Assembly: GCA_033763455.1 (NCBI GenBank)
Contig: JANRKO010000006.1
Coordinates: 224,001 to 288,000 of the forward strand
Length of the DNA: 64,000 nt
Direction of reading: 5' to 3'
From: Polyangiaceae bacterium
GTDB taxonomy: Bacteria > Myxococcota_A > Polyangia > Polyangiales > Polyangiaceae
The notes under the pieces are model-generated. The model made no database searches and was not told the DNA's origin. It was given only the letters and a program-made list of their open reading frames with translations. How positions within the stretch are numbered: the first letter of the stretch is position 1; each line of letters starts with the position of its first letter. Position numbers and translations under genes: made by a program. Positions 35,777-44,232 of this stretch are shown here, piece after piece.

Positions 35777-38508
35777 TGTGCGTCCTTCCAGTTTCCTCCG
35801 TGTCCGACGTCCACGACGAGGGGTACCTTGAGCGCGTACACGGATTCCATCGTGTGCTTGATCTTTGCCTCGGCTTCTTCCACCTCGCCTTCGGGTACCT
35901 CAAATACGAGTTCATCGTGAACGGTTAGAATCATCTTCGTTCCGGCCGTTACGGGCGTTCGAAGAGCTAGCATTGCCAGCTTCAAAAGATCGGCCGCGGT
36001 GCCTTGAATGGGCATGTTCATGGCAATGCGCTCGGCCGCAAGACGTTTCGCGCGGTTGCCGCTTGAGATGTCTGGCACCAGGCGACGCCGTCCCAACAAG
36101 CTGCGCACTGCTTCGCCGGCGCGGGCGCTTTCGAGGGTTTCGTTCATGAAGCGCTGCACGCCAGCGTGGCGCCTGAAATAAGCCGCAATAAAGCTGCCTG
36201 CTTCTGCGCGAGAAATGCCGAGGGATTTGGCCAGGCCGCTGTCCCCCTGGCCGTAGATAACTCCGAAGTTAACCGCCTTGGCGCGCGTTCGATGTTCGCG
36301 TGTTACCTCATCGGCACCAAGCTCAAATATTTCCATCGCTGTACGCGTGTGAATATCTTGCCCAGTACCAAAGGCTTCCAGCAAAACTTGGTCGTTGGAA
36401 AGGTGGGCGAGCACGCGGAGCTCGATCTGAGAATAATCTGCGCTCACCAGTACGTGCCCCGGCGGTGCCACGAAAGCTGCGCGGATGTCTCGGCCAAGCT
36501 CAGTGCGGATTGGAATGTTCTGCAGGTTCGGGTCGATGGAAGAAAGGCGCCCAGTGGCGGCAACGGCTTGCTCCCAGCGCGTGTGGACACGCCCCGTCTT
36601 CGGGCGAACCAAGAGCGGCAGTGCATCGATATAGGTGCCCTTGAGTTTAGAGTATTGCCTCAGTTCGAGGATAAGAGCGGGTAGGGGGTGTTCGTCCGCA
36701 AGCGACTCCAACGTCTCGTGATCGGTTGACCGGGACGTCTTGGTGCGCTTGAGGGGCTTCAGCTTGAACTCATCAAACAGCACGGTTTCAAGCTGGCGCG
36801 GTGAATTGACGTTGAATTCGTGTCCGGCGAGCGCATGCGCTCGTTTTTCAAGATCTGCCAGCAGAAGCTCGCAGCGTTTACCGAGCAGGGCCAGCTTGGA
36901 AGTGTCAATGAGCACCCCCACCCCTTCCAGCTCCGCCAGGAGTTGCGCGAGTGGGAGCTCCATTTCTCTCAGCAGAGGCACGAGCCCCACATCGGCGAGG
37001 CGCGGCTCTAGTCGCTCAAAGAGCGCTGCGGTGTGCGTCACTTCTGACGTCAGCTGACGAGCAGCGATGTCGATCGGAAGTTCGGAAGCATCGAGGCGCT
37101 GTCCGCGACTCGGATGCAAAAGTGTGGCGCGCGCGGGCAACTGTACGCCGAGCTCCGCGCTCACGACTGCGGTGAGTTCATGGCTGCCGTCAGGATCGAG
37201 CAAATAGCTAGACAGCTTGACGTCGAAGTCGAATCCCTGGAGGTTAAGCCCAAACGAGCTCAAATCGACTGCGCAACGCTTGAGATCGTAGGCACGCTTC
37301 CGAATGCTGGGGTCGGCGAGAAGTGGTCCGAGGATTCGGCGAATTGGCTCTGACCCGAGGAGTTGGGGAACGCCAAGGTAGCGGTGGCCAACGGGTAAGT
37401 AAAACACTTCCTCGGGACCGGCGAGCAGCGCTATCCCGACGATCTCCGCCGTTCGTTGGATTTCGGTAGTGAAGGTTTCTAGGGCGAGCTGCTTGGTGGT
37501 GCGTGCGAGCTCTACTAGGCGGTTCAAATCGGCTTCGTGGAATATGGTAGTGAGCTTCGGATCGAGCTTCGGTGCTGGTGTGGCTGCAGGCAAGGAGCTA
37601 GCGGTGGAGTTTGCGCTCGGCAGAGGGGAGCTCGGCTCCAACAAATTGAGCTGACGAATAAAACCGAGTTCGGCGTAGATTCGAGTCAACTCTGTGTCAT
37701 TCGGCTTCCCAGGGCGTAGCGACTCAACGTCACACTGGATGGGACAATCTCTCTTTAGTTCCACGAGGCGGCGGCTGAGGAATGCTTGCTCGCGGTGTTC
37801 GCTGAGCGTTTTGCGTACCGCTTTGGACTTGATCTCGTCGAGGTGATCGTAGACTCCCGCCAAGGTGCCGCACTGATTCAGCAAGTCTTTGGCCGTTTTT
37901 GGGCCAATATGCGGCACGCCGGGAATATTGTCGGAGCTGTCCCCCATGAGTCCCAGGAGGTCCCCCACCTGCTCCACGCGCACCCCAAAGCGCTCTTCCA
38001 CTTCCGGAGGCCCGAACACTTTGTTCCTCAGTGTGTCCCAGAGCAACACGCGAGGACTTACGAGCTGCATCAAGTCTTTGTCAGCTGCCGCGATCACCAC
38101 ACGCAGGTTCATCGCTAAAGTTCTCTCCACGAGGGTTGCGATGAGGTCGTCCGCCTCCACTCCTGCTTGTTTGAAGATGGGGAGCCCTCGGGCCGCGACG
38201 ATCTGCTCGCAGCGCTGAAGCTGTTGGCGGAGATCGGGCGGCGAAGGTGGCCGGTTTGCTTTGTATTCAGGATAGATCTCTTTTCGGAACGTTTCGCGCC
38301 CCGAGTCCATGGCCACGGCGAGCAACTGTGGTTTCTGAGTTCTGAGTAGGCGGTCGAGCATGTTGACCATGCCGTGCACAGCGTGAGTGGGTTCACCGCT
38401 CGGTGCGTGCAGTTCGCTAATCGCGTGATAGGCGCGCAGCACGTAGTTCGATAGGTCGATGACGTAGAGCACGTCGCTCGCGCCGGGGGGGAAAAGGCTG
38501 GTTGCCAT
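35773..38508 (-). CDS. polA: DNA polymerase I
   Basis: 5'-3' exo EADDL, DKDL.QL, GDSSDNIPGV; polymerase motifs TGRLSS.DPNLQNIP, DYSQIELR, AKAVNFGVIYG, VHDEL; start taken at MATSL. Confidence 0.98.
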   Translation of the reverse strand: MATSLFPPGASDVLYVIDLSNYVLRAYHAISELHAPSGEPTHAVHGMVNMLDRLLRTQKPQLLAVAMDSGRETFRKEIYPEYKANRPPSPPDLRQQLQRCEQIVAARGLPIFKQAGVEADDLIATLVERTLAMNLRVVIAAADKDLMQLVSPRVLLWDTLRNKVFGPPEVEERFGVRVEQVGDLLGLMGDSSDNIPGVPHIGPKTAKDLLNQCGTLAGVYDHLDEIKSKAVRKTLSEHREQAFLSRRLVELKRDCPIQCDVESLRPGKPNDTELTRIYAELGFIRQLNLLEPSSPLPSANSTASSLPAATPAPKLDPKLTTIFHEADLNRLVELARTTKQLALETFTTEIQRTAEIVGIALLAGPEEVFYLPVGHRYLGVPQLLGSEPIRRILGPLLADPSIRKRAYDLKRCAVDLSSFGLNLQGFDFDVKLSSYLLDPDGSHELTAVVSAELGVQLPARATLLHPSRGQRLDASELPIDIAARQLTSEVTHTAALFERLEPRLADVGLVPLLREMELPLAQLLAELEGVGVLIDTSKLALLGKRCELLLADLEKRAHALAGHEFNVNSPRQLETVLFDEFKLKPLKRTKTSRSTDHETLESLADEHPLPALILELRQYSKLKGTYIDALPLLVRPKTGRVHTRWEQAVAATGRLSSIDPNLQNIPIRTELGRDIRAAFVAPPGHVLVSADYSQIELRVLAHLSNDQVLLEAFGTGQDIHTRTAMEIFELGADEVTREHRTRAKAVNFGVIYGQGDSGLAKSLGISRAEAGSFIAAYFRRHAGVQRFMNETLESARAGEAVRSLLGRRRLVPDISSGNRAKRLAAERIAMNMPIQGTAADLLKLAMLALRTPVTAGTKMILTVHDELVFEVPEGEVEEAEAKIKHTMESVYALKVPLVVDVGHGGNWKDAH

Positions 38509-38705
38509 GACCCGCCTGTTAGCAGATGAGGAGATCGGCAGAAGGGGGCGGCGGGTGCAGTCCGAACCGGGCGCCAACAGAGGCGGTCCGCATGCTCAGT
38601 ACTGCTCAAAAATACAGCGAGAGTGTAAGTGCGACAAGGTCGTGCAAAGAATTACATTTCGGTGACATTTGGCGTTTTGCGAGCTGGTAACTGAGCTGGG
38701 CCCTC

Positions 38706-40223
38706 ATGGAAATACTGTTCGTTTGCGTTTACTTGGTTGTTCTGCTCGCCCTGTGTACCTACGGCCTGCATCGGGCCTACTTGGCGGTCATGTGTTGGCG
38801 TACCCGTCGGTTCGTTGAACGCATCGCGGAGATTCGGCCCACCCCCGAGGCGGATTTGCCTCGCGTTACTGTGCAGCTCCCCCTCTATAACGAGGCGACC
38901 GTCGTGGAACGCTTGATCGAGGCGACGGGCAAGCTCGACTACCCGGCTCACCTGTTCGAGATCCAGGTGTTGGATGATTCTAGCGATGAGACGTGTGCCC
39001 TGGCGAAGGCCGCTGTGGAGCGGCTCGTGCAGCGTGGGGTGGATGCAAAGTATGTGCGCCGTGCCGATCGAGTTGGGTACAAGGCGGGCGCGTTGGATTT
39101 TGGTTTAAAGACCGCGAAGGGTGAACTCATCGCGATCTTCGATGCGGACTTTGTCCCGCAGCCTTCTTTCCTACGTACGTTAGTGGCCCACTTTAGAAAT
39201 CCCAAAGTTGCCGTTGTGCAGACGCGGTGGGCGCACATGAATCGGGATCACAGCTTGCTTACGAGCATTCAGGCACTCATGCTGGATGGGCACCATCTCA
39301 TTGAGAACCGCTCGCGCTTTTCAGCCGGTTTGATGTTCAACTTCTCCGGAACGGGCGGCATCTGGCGCAAAGAAGCGATCGCGGATGCGGGTGGCTGGCA
39401 ACATGACACGCTTACAGAAGATCTAGATCTCTCTTATCGCGCCCAGTTGCGTGGCTGGCAGTTCATTTATCGTCCGGATGTGCTCACGCCCTCCGAGCTG
39501 CCGGAGGAGCTTTCGGCGCTGCGCGCGCAGCAGTATCGTTGGGCAAAGGGCACCGTGCAGACAGCGCGAAAGTTGCTAGGCACGGTGCTTCGGTCGAAGG
39601 TCTCCACGAAGCAGAAAGTGGAAGCCTGCTTTCACATGTTGCCGCACTTTGCGTACCCGCTCATGCTCCTTTTGACGGTGCTACTGTTGCCATCGTTGGT
39701 TTATTTGCCGGCGGTAGATCTGCAGACGATGTTGATTGTCGATTTGCCGTTCTGTATTGGAGCGACAGGATCGTTGATCGCGTTCTACTGCTTGGCGGAA
39801 GTAAGCCAGGGGCGCTCAGCTTGGGCGGCGCTCGTTCGGTTGCCAGCTTTGATCGCGCTCGGTGCAGGCCTTTCGCCGCACCTTACGGGTGCTGTGTTGG
39901 GCGGTGTCCGTTCGATGGCGGGTGAGTTCGTGCGCACGCCCAAGCGCGGCTCGAATGCCGCCCGCTATCGCGAGGGTGTGAAGTGGCCTTTTGTTGAAGC
40001 CTTCTTCTCCGTTTATTGCATGGTGAGTGTGGTGGTGTCGGTCGCCACTAGCCATTGGTTTGCTACCCCGTTCGCTTTCCTCTTCTCACTGGGCTACGGC
40101 TACGTGGCCGTCCAGTTGTCGCTTGAGCTAGCTGAGGGGCGGCGCTCGGTTCGTGCCAAAGTCTCCGCGCCCGCTGCTCGGGGCGCGCTTGAACCTGGTG
40201 TTGACATGGCGCGTGCAGCGTAA
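38706..40223 (+). CDS. Processive-type GT2 glycosyltransferase (cellulose-synthase-like CslA/CslC-type motif set)
   Basis: VQLPLYNE, QVLDDS, YKAGAL, FDADF, TEDLDL, QQYRW (QxxRW), F.RTPK; N- and C-terminal TMs. Confidence 0.9.
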   Translation: MEILFVCVYLVVLLALCTYGLHRAYLAVMCWRTRRFVERIAEIRPTPEADLPRVTVQLPLYNEATVVERLIEATGKLDYPAHLFEIQVLDDSSDETCALAKAAVERLVQRGVDAKYVRRADRVGYKAGALDFGLKTAKGELIAIFDADFVPQPSFLRTLVAHFRNPKVAVVQTRWAHMNRDHSLLTSIQALMLDGHHLIENRSRFSAGLMFNFSGTGGIWRKEAIADAGGWQHDTLTEDLDLSYRAQLRGWQFIYRPDVLTPSELPEELSALRAQQYRWAKGTVQTARKLLGTVLRSKVSTKQKVEACFHMLPHFAYPLMLLLTVLLLPSLVYLPAVDLQTMLIVDLPFCIGATGSLIAFYCLAEVSQGRSAWAALVRLPALIALGAGLSPHLTGAVLGGVRSMAGEFVRTPKRGSNAARYREGVKWPFVEAFFSVYCMVSVVVSVATSHWFATPFAFLFSLGYGYVAVQLSLELAEGRRSVRAKVSAPAARGALEPGVDMARAA

Positions 40224-40240
40224 GATTCGTACCGGCCATG

Positions 40241-40262
40241 CCTGAGCTTCGGGGGGCTCAGG
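40241..40262 (+). terminator. Strong GC hairpin after the GT2 gene (no U-tract)
   Basis: CCTGAGC...GCTCAGG, extendable by CGTAC/CGGC...GCCG/TACG; 18 nt after the stop codon. Confidence 0.35.
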
Positions 40263-40408
40263 TAAGCCGTACGTGGGGAACCTGAAGCTGGAAACGGCCT
40301 CTCGGGAGGTGAGAGGCGCCAGCCTGGACATTTGGGGCGGGCTGGGTACTATCTAAGGTGCTCGTTAGGTGTGGGCCTAACGGGAGTGCTCAACGCCCAG
40401 TCAATCGC

Positions 40409-40738
40409 ATGACCAAGGCCGACATCGTACAAGCCGTTTATACGAAGTTGGGCGGATTCTCGAAAAAAGAGTCCGCGGACCTTGTGGACTTGGTATTTGA
40501 AACCATCAAGCAGACGCTGTCGCGTGGTGAAAAGATTAAAGTTTCCGGATTTGGCAACTTCGTCTTGAGAGATAAGCGGCAGCGCCAGGGGCGAAACCCT
40601 CAGACGGGCCAACCAATCACTATCACTTCGCGTCGTGTCCTGAATTTCAAGGCGAGCCAGCTCCTGAAGCAGGCGCTAAATACGGATGGGCCTGTGGGGT
40701 CGTATTCCACAGCCGGCGCAGCAGAAGACGAGGAATAA
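40409..40738 (+). CDS. ihfA: Integration host factor alpha subunit
   Basis: MTKADIV...SKKES..LV..VFE, KVSGFGNF..RDK..R.GRNPQTG; followed by the MerR gene typical of ihfA loci. Confidence 0.88.
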   Translation: MTKADIVQAVYTKLGGFSKKESADLVDLVFETIKQTLSRGEKIKVSGFGNFVLRDKRQRQGRNPQTGQPITITSRRVLNFKASQLLKQALNTDGPVGSYSTAGAAEDEE

Positions 40739-40744
40739 TAAATC

Positions 40745-41131
40745 GTGTCCGAAGTTTTGCAGGACCAACCGCTCGTCAAGCTCTACTATCGGATCGGTGA
40801 AGTTTCAGAGATCGTTGGTGTAGAGCCGCACGTGCTCCGCTACTGGGAAACCGAATTTCGGTCGATTCGTCCCCAGAAGTCCCGAAAAGGGCAGCGCATC
40901 TACTCGCGCAAAGACGTTGAACGGCTCTTGAAGGTGAAGGATCTCTTGTACACCCACGGGTACACGATAGCCGGGGCACGAAAGAGGCTGCGCACAGTAG
41001 GCGATGAGCCCCAGCCCCAGGAAGATCCCACACGCTCCGCCCTTCGGGGGATCCGCCAAAGCTTGCTTGCTATTCGCGCCGAGGCACAGGCTCTGCTCCA
41101 AGAAGTCCAGGGGCCACGTTCCCCGCTTTGA
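40745..41131 (+). CDS. MerR-family HTH regulator (ihfA-associated type)
   Basis: YYRIGEVS...[18 protein letters not shown]...GQR.Y...LLY..GYTIAGA. Confidence 0.92.
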   Translation: MSEVLQDQPLVKLYYRIGEVSEIVGVEPHVLRYWETEFRSIRPQKSRKGQRIYSRKDVERLLKVKDLLYTHGYTIAGARKRLRTVGDEPQPQEDPTRSALRGIRQSLLAIRAEAQALLQEVQGPRSPL

Positions 41132-41255
41132 GAAGCCCGGTCGAAGCCTCGCAAAGCGCTGGGGGCCGGGCGGGGTAGGACAGACAAAGTCCCGGCTGCG
41201 GTTGCTTTCAAACCCAAAACGTCACACGGTTCGGCTTCATTGAAGGAGCAATTTT

Positions 41256-41726
41256 ATGGCTGAAGGTTTGAACCGCGTGATGCTCTTGGGGAACCTCGGG
41301 CAAGATCCAGAGCTCAAGGTAACAGGCGGTGGGCAATCAGTGCTCAAGCTGCGCTTGGCAACACCCGAGCGTTACTTGGACAAGAATAAATCGTGGCAAG
41401 AACGCACCGAGTGGCACAGCGTGGTTGTTTGGGGCAAGCGCGCTGAGGCACTCAGCAAATTCCTGACAAAGGGGTCGCGGATTTTCGTGGAAGGTGGCAT
41501 TCGTTCGTCGAGCTACGACGATAAAGACGGGCAGAAGCGGTACCGTACCGAGATTGTCGCGAACAACATCATCCTTGCTGGCGGCGGGGGAGGCGGGCGT
41601 TCGGGTGGTGGCGGCGCACCGCGCGGCGACGAATCGAGCGGCTCGTCTCACGCTGGGTCGAGCCACGATGCCAACTACGACGATGCGGATTACGGTGGTG
41701 GCTCGGACGATGACATCCCGTTTTGA
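41256..41726 (+). CDS. ssb: Single-stranded DNA-binding protein
   Basis: LNRVMLLGNLGQDPE, TEWH.VV.WGK.AE, Gly-rich linker, C-terminal DDDIPF; AAGGAG RBS. Confidence 0.97.
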   Translation: MAEGLNRVMLLGNLGQDPELKVTGGGQSVLKLRLATPERYLDKNKSWQERTEWHSVVVWGKRAEALSKFLTKGSRIFVEGGIRSSSYDDKDGQKRYRTEIVANNIILAGGGGGGRSGGGGAPRGDESSGSSHAGSSHDANYDDADYGGGSDDDIPF

Positions 41727-42856
41727 GCAAGAGGCTCTGGATGGGCTCCTTGGCATCTGAGGGCTTTCAAGAAGCAACGCTCGTGCTGGGCGGCCCGGGG
41801 GAGCTTGCGTTTAGCCTCACCGAACATCTCTTGAGCTTCCGGCCTCGGATGGATGTTTACTTGTTGGTGCCTTCGGGGGGAGGCGCCTCGGGGGAAGAGG
41901 CTCAGGGGGTTTTGGCTCGACACAAGGGTCGCGTGCACGTGATCGAGTGCGAGCTGGAGGCCCTTGATTTTGGTCTCAGCGGCGCAAAATACGTAGACCT
42001 CCTCGGGAAGATCCGTTGGGTTCACCACACCGCTGGGCTCTCGGAGTGGTCCCACGGGCAGAGCTCGGTGCGTGCCGGAGAGCAGCGCGAGAGGTTGGTG
42101 GGGAGCATGCGAGAGGTTCTTGCATTCTGTCGCGCAGCGGCCGGCCTCGAAAAGCTTGTCGTGTATTCTTCCCTCGCGGTCAGTGGGCAGCACGCTGGAG
42201 AGTTTAGGGAGGATGACCTCCACGTTGGTCAGAAGTTCTCATCGGAGTGCGAGGAGGGGCTTGCTGTGGCCGAACAAATGGCAAGAGCGGAGAGCTCTTC
42301 GCTCCCGATCACCACGCTGAGAGCGGCAGCTATCGTGAGCGACATTCACTTGGATCCCCCTTTAGCGTGGGGTCCTGTGTTGGACGGATGGTTCGATCTG
42401 CTTGCATCGCGGTCGGCGCTTCACGTGCCTCCGCACGTACGTGGAGATGAGCTTCTCTACCTAACGCCGCTTGAGTACGTGGTGCGTGCCGGGGTCTTTC
42501 TTTCTGGAGCTAGGGCCGCGGCGGGCCAGACGGTGCACCTGGTAGAAGAGTCTGCTCCTACGGTTCGGGATGTTCTTGGGAAGGTCGCTGAGGTCATCGG
42601 TCGCGTTCCTCCTGTTTTTGGGGCAACCCCAGGTAACTGGCTGTCCACACCGCGTTTCGGTCGCGCTGGTCGCCGAGAGCGCGCATTTTGGTCCCAGCTC
42701 CGTTTGGGCTTGCGTTACGGCACAACAAATGCCGCTCGCTTCTTAAGTGCAGCGGGCCTTGCGTGTCCTTCCATTAGTTCCTGGCTGGTTCCCAGCGTGG
42801 AGCGGCTACGGCTAGGGGATGAGCTCCCGGCTGGCCCCGGGCGAACCAACGCATGA
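41723..42856 (+). CDS. Extended SDR / NAD_binding_4-like protein with degenerate catalytic motifs
   Basis: LDFGLSG, VHHTA, YSS.AVSG...G.F.EDDL.VGQ.F, LR..AIV; TTG overlaps ssb stop (alternative ATG 41741). Confidence 0.7.
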   Translation: MSKRLWMGSLASEGFQEATLVLGGPGELAFSLTEHLLSFRPRMDVYLLVPSGGGASGEEAQGVLARHKGRVHVIECELEALDFGLSGAKYVDLLGKIRWVHHTAGLSEWSHGQSSVRAGEQRERLVGSMREVLAFCRAAAGLEKLVVYSSLAVSGQHAGEFREDDLHVGQKFSSECEEGLAVAEQMARAESSSLPITTLRAAAIVSDIHLDPPLAWGPVLDGWFDLLASRSALHVPPHVRGDELLYLTPLEYVVRAGVFLSGARAAAGQTVHLVEESAPTVRDVLGKVAEVIGRVPPVFGATPGNWLSTPRFGRAGRRERAFWSQLRLGLRYGTTNAARFLSAAGLACPSISSWLVPSVERLRLGDELPAGPGRTNA

Positions 42857-44214
42857 GCAAGGTGAGGCGGCAGTTGGGTCCACTGACAAGAGAGGCGCTA
42901 GGCTGTCGCCGCACCAGAGCGATTGGTGCCTGTGTTCTCGTCATGTTAGCGGCGGGATCAACAGTCGCTTGCGCCTCAGGTCAACGCCGGGAAATCGGAC
43001 CCGGGGCGGTCGAGAATTCAAGAAACTTGCACGCACCATCCGCTGCGCCATCTCTGCCAGCAGCCAAAGAGATTGCTCAGCGCGCCGCCATAGCGGGTCT
43101 TGAACCCACCGCCCCGACTTCAAAAGGGGTGGCGTTACCGCGGTTCTACTCGCTTCTTCGGGCGCTTGAGAATGAGGTGCAGGCTCGTCCTGTGCACATC
43201 GCCTGGCTGGGTGATTCGCACACCGCCGCGGATTTCTGGACGGGTGAAGTCCGTGCCCAACTTCAGGCCCGTTTCGGCGTTGGGGGCCCGGGGTTTTTCC
43301 ATGTAGCGCTTAAGAGCTACCGCCACGCAAGTCTCAGCTTCGAACAGAACGGAGCCTGGGGAAGAGAGCCGGGGCCGCCCTCGCTCAGAACTCGCACGGG
43401 GGATGGCGTATTTGGCCTTGGGGGGATCCGTACCTTCCCTCGCTCTTCGAGTGCAACTTTCAAAGCGCAGCCCGAGCCCAACGCGACCTTGGGTGAGGCG
43501 ATGTGGAAGGTGCGCGTTCGACTCGGGAATGCTGACAGGGTTCGGCTGAGCTCGGGTGAGCACAGCTTCACGCTTACCGGAGATGAGGTTCCAAAGATCG
43601 AGGAACAAGTGTTGCCCGCACCTCGGGGAGAAGCTCTTCACGTTCGTGTCTTGGCTGGGGCCCCCCAATTTCTCGGTGGCTCGCTTGAGTCTAGTCAAGG
43701 TGGGGTCGTGTTGCATACCTTGGGGGTGGACGGCGCTCGGGTGGAAACGGCGTTAGCCTGGAATGAAGAAGCCTGGAAGCTCGAGCTAGCCCAAAGAGAG
43801 GTAGGCCTTGTGGTGCTTGCATTCGGCACGAACGAAGCCTTCGATCAGCGAGCGCCGGCGGCCTACGCGGAGCACTATGCGCGGGTAATGGCTCGTGTCC
43901 GTGCTGCGGTGCCTTCGGCCGATTGCTTAATCATAGGCTTGCCCGATGCACTGGACGCGAACGGCCAGCCGCACCCCCGTGTGCCGGAAATCGGAAAAGT
44001 TCAAGAAGAGACGGCGGCGCATTTGGGTTGTGCATTCTTCAGTGCTGCTTCGGCCATGGCGAATGAGGGTGGCTTTGCCGGGTGGCTTCTAGCCACTCCA
44101 CGGCTGGCTAAGGCGGACGGGATCCATCTTACCATCTCAGGCTATCAGCTTTTAGGCGCTCGAACGGTCGCGGCAATTGTCAGCGGGTACGAGGAGTTTC
44201 TTGAGGGCCGCTAG
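42853..44214 (+). CDS. SGNH/GDSL esterase/acetyltransferase lipoprotein
   Basis: Block I WLGDSHTA, LGVDGAR, FGTNE, DGIHL; lipobox-like TVAC. Confidence 0.85.
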   Translation: MSKVRRQLGPLTREALGCRRTRAIGACVLVMLAAGSTVACASGQRREIGPGAVENSRNLHAPSAAPSLPAAKEIAQRAAIAGLEPTAPTSKGVALPRFYSLLRALENEVQARPVHIAWLGDSHTAADFWTGEVRAQLQARFGVGGPGFFHVALKSYRHASLSFEQNGAWGREPGPPSLRTRTGDGVFGLGGIRTFPRSSSATFKAQPEPNATLGEAMWKVRVRLGNADRVRLSSGEHSFTLTGDEVPKIEEQVLPAPRGEALHVRVLAGAPQFLGGSLESSQGGVVLHTLGVDGARVETALAWNEEAWKLELAQREVGLVVLAFGTNEAFDQRAPAAYAEHYARVMARVRAAVPSADCLIIGLPDALDANGQPHPRVPEIGKVQEETAAHLGCAFFSAASAMANEGGFAGWLLATPRLAKADGIHLTISGYQLLGARTVAAIVSGYEEFLEGR

Positions 44215-44232
44215 CCGCTCGGCACTCCGCAC

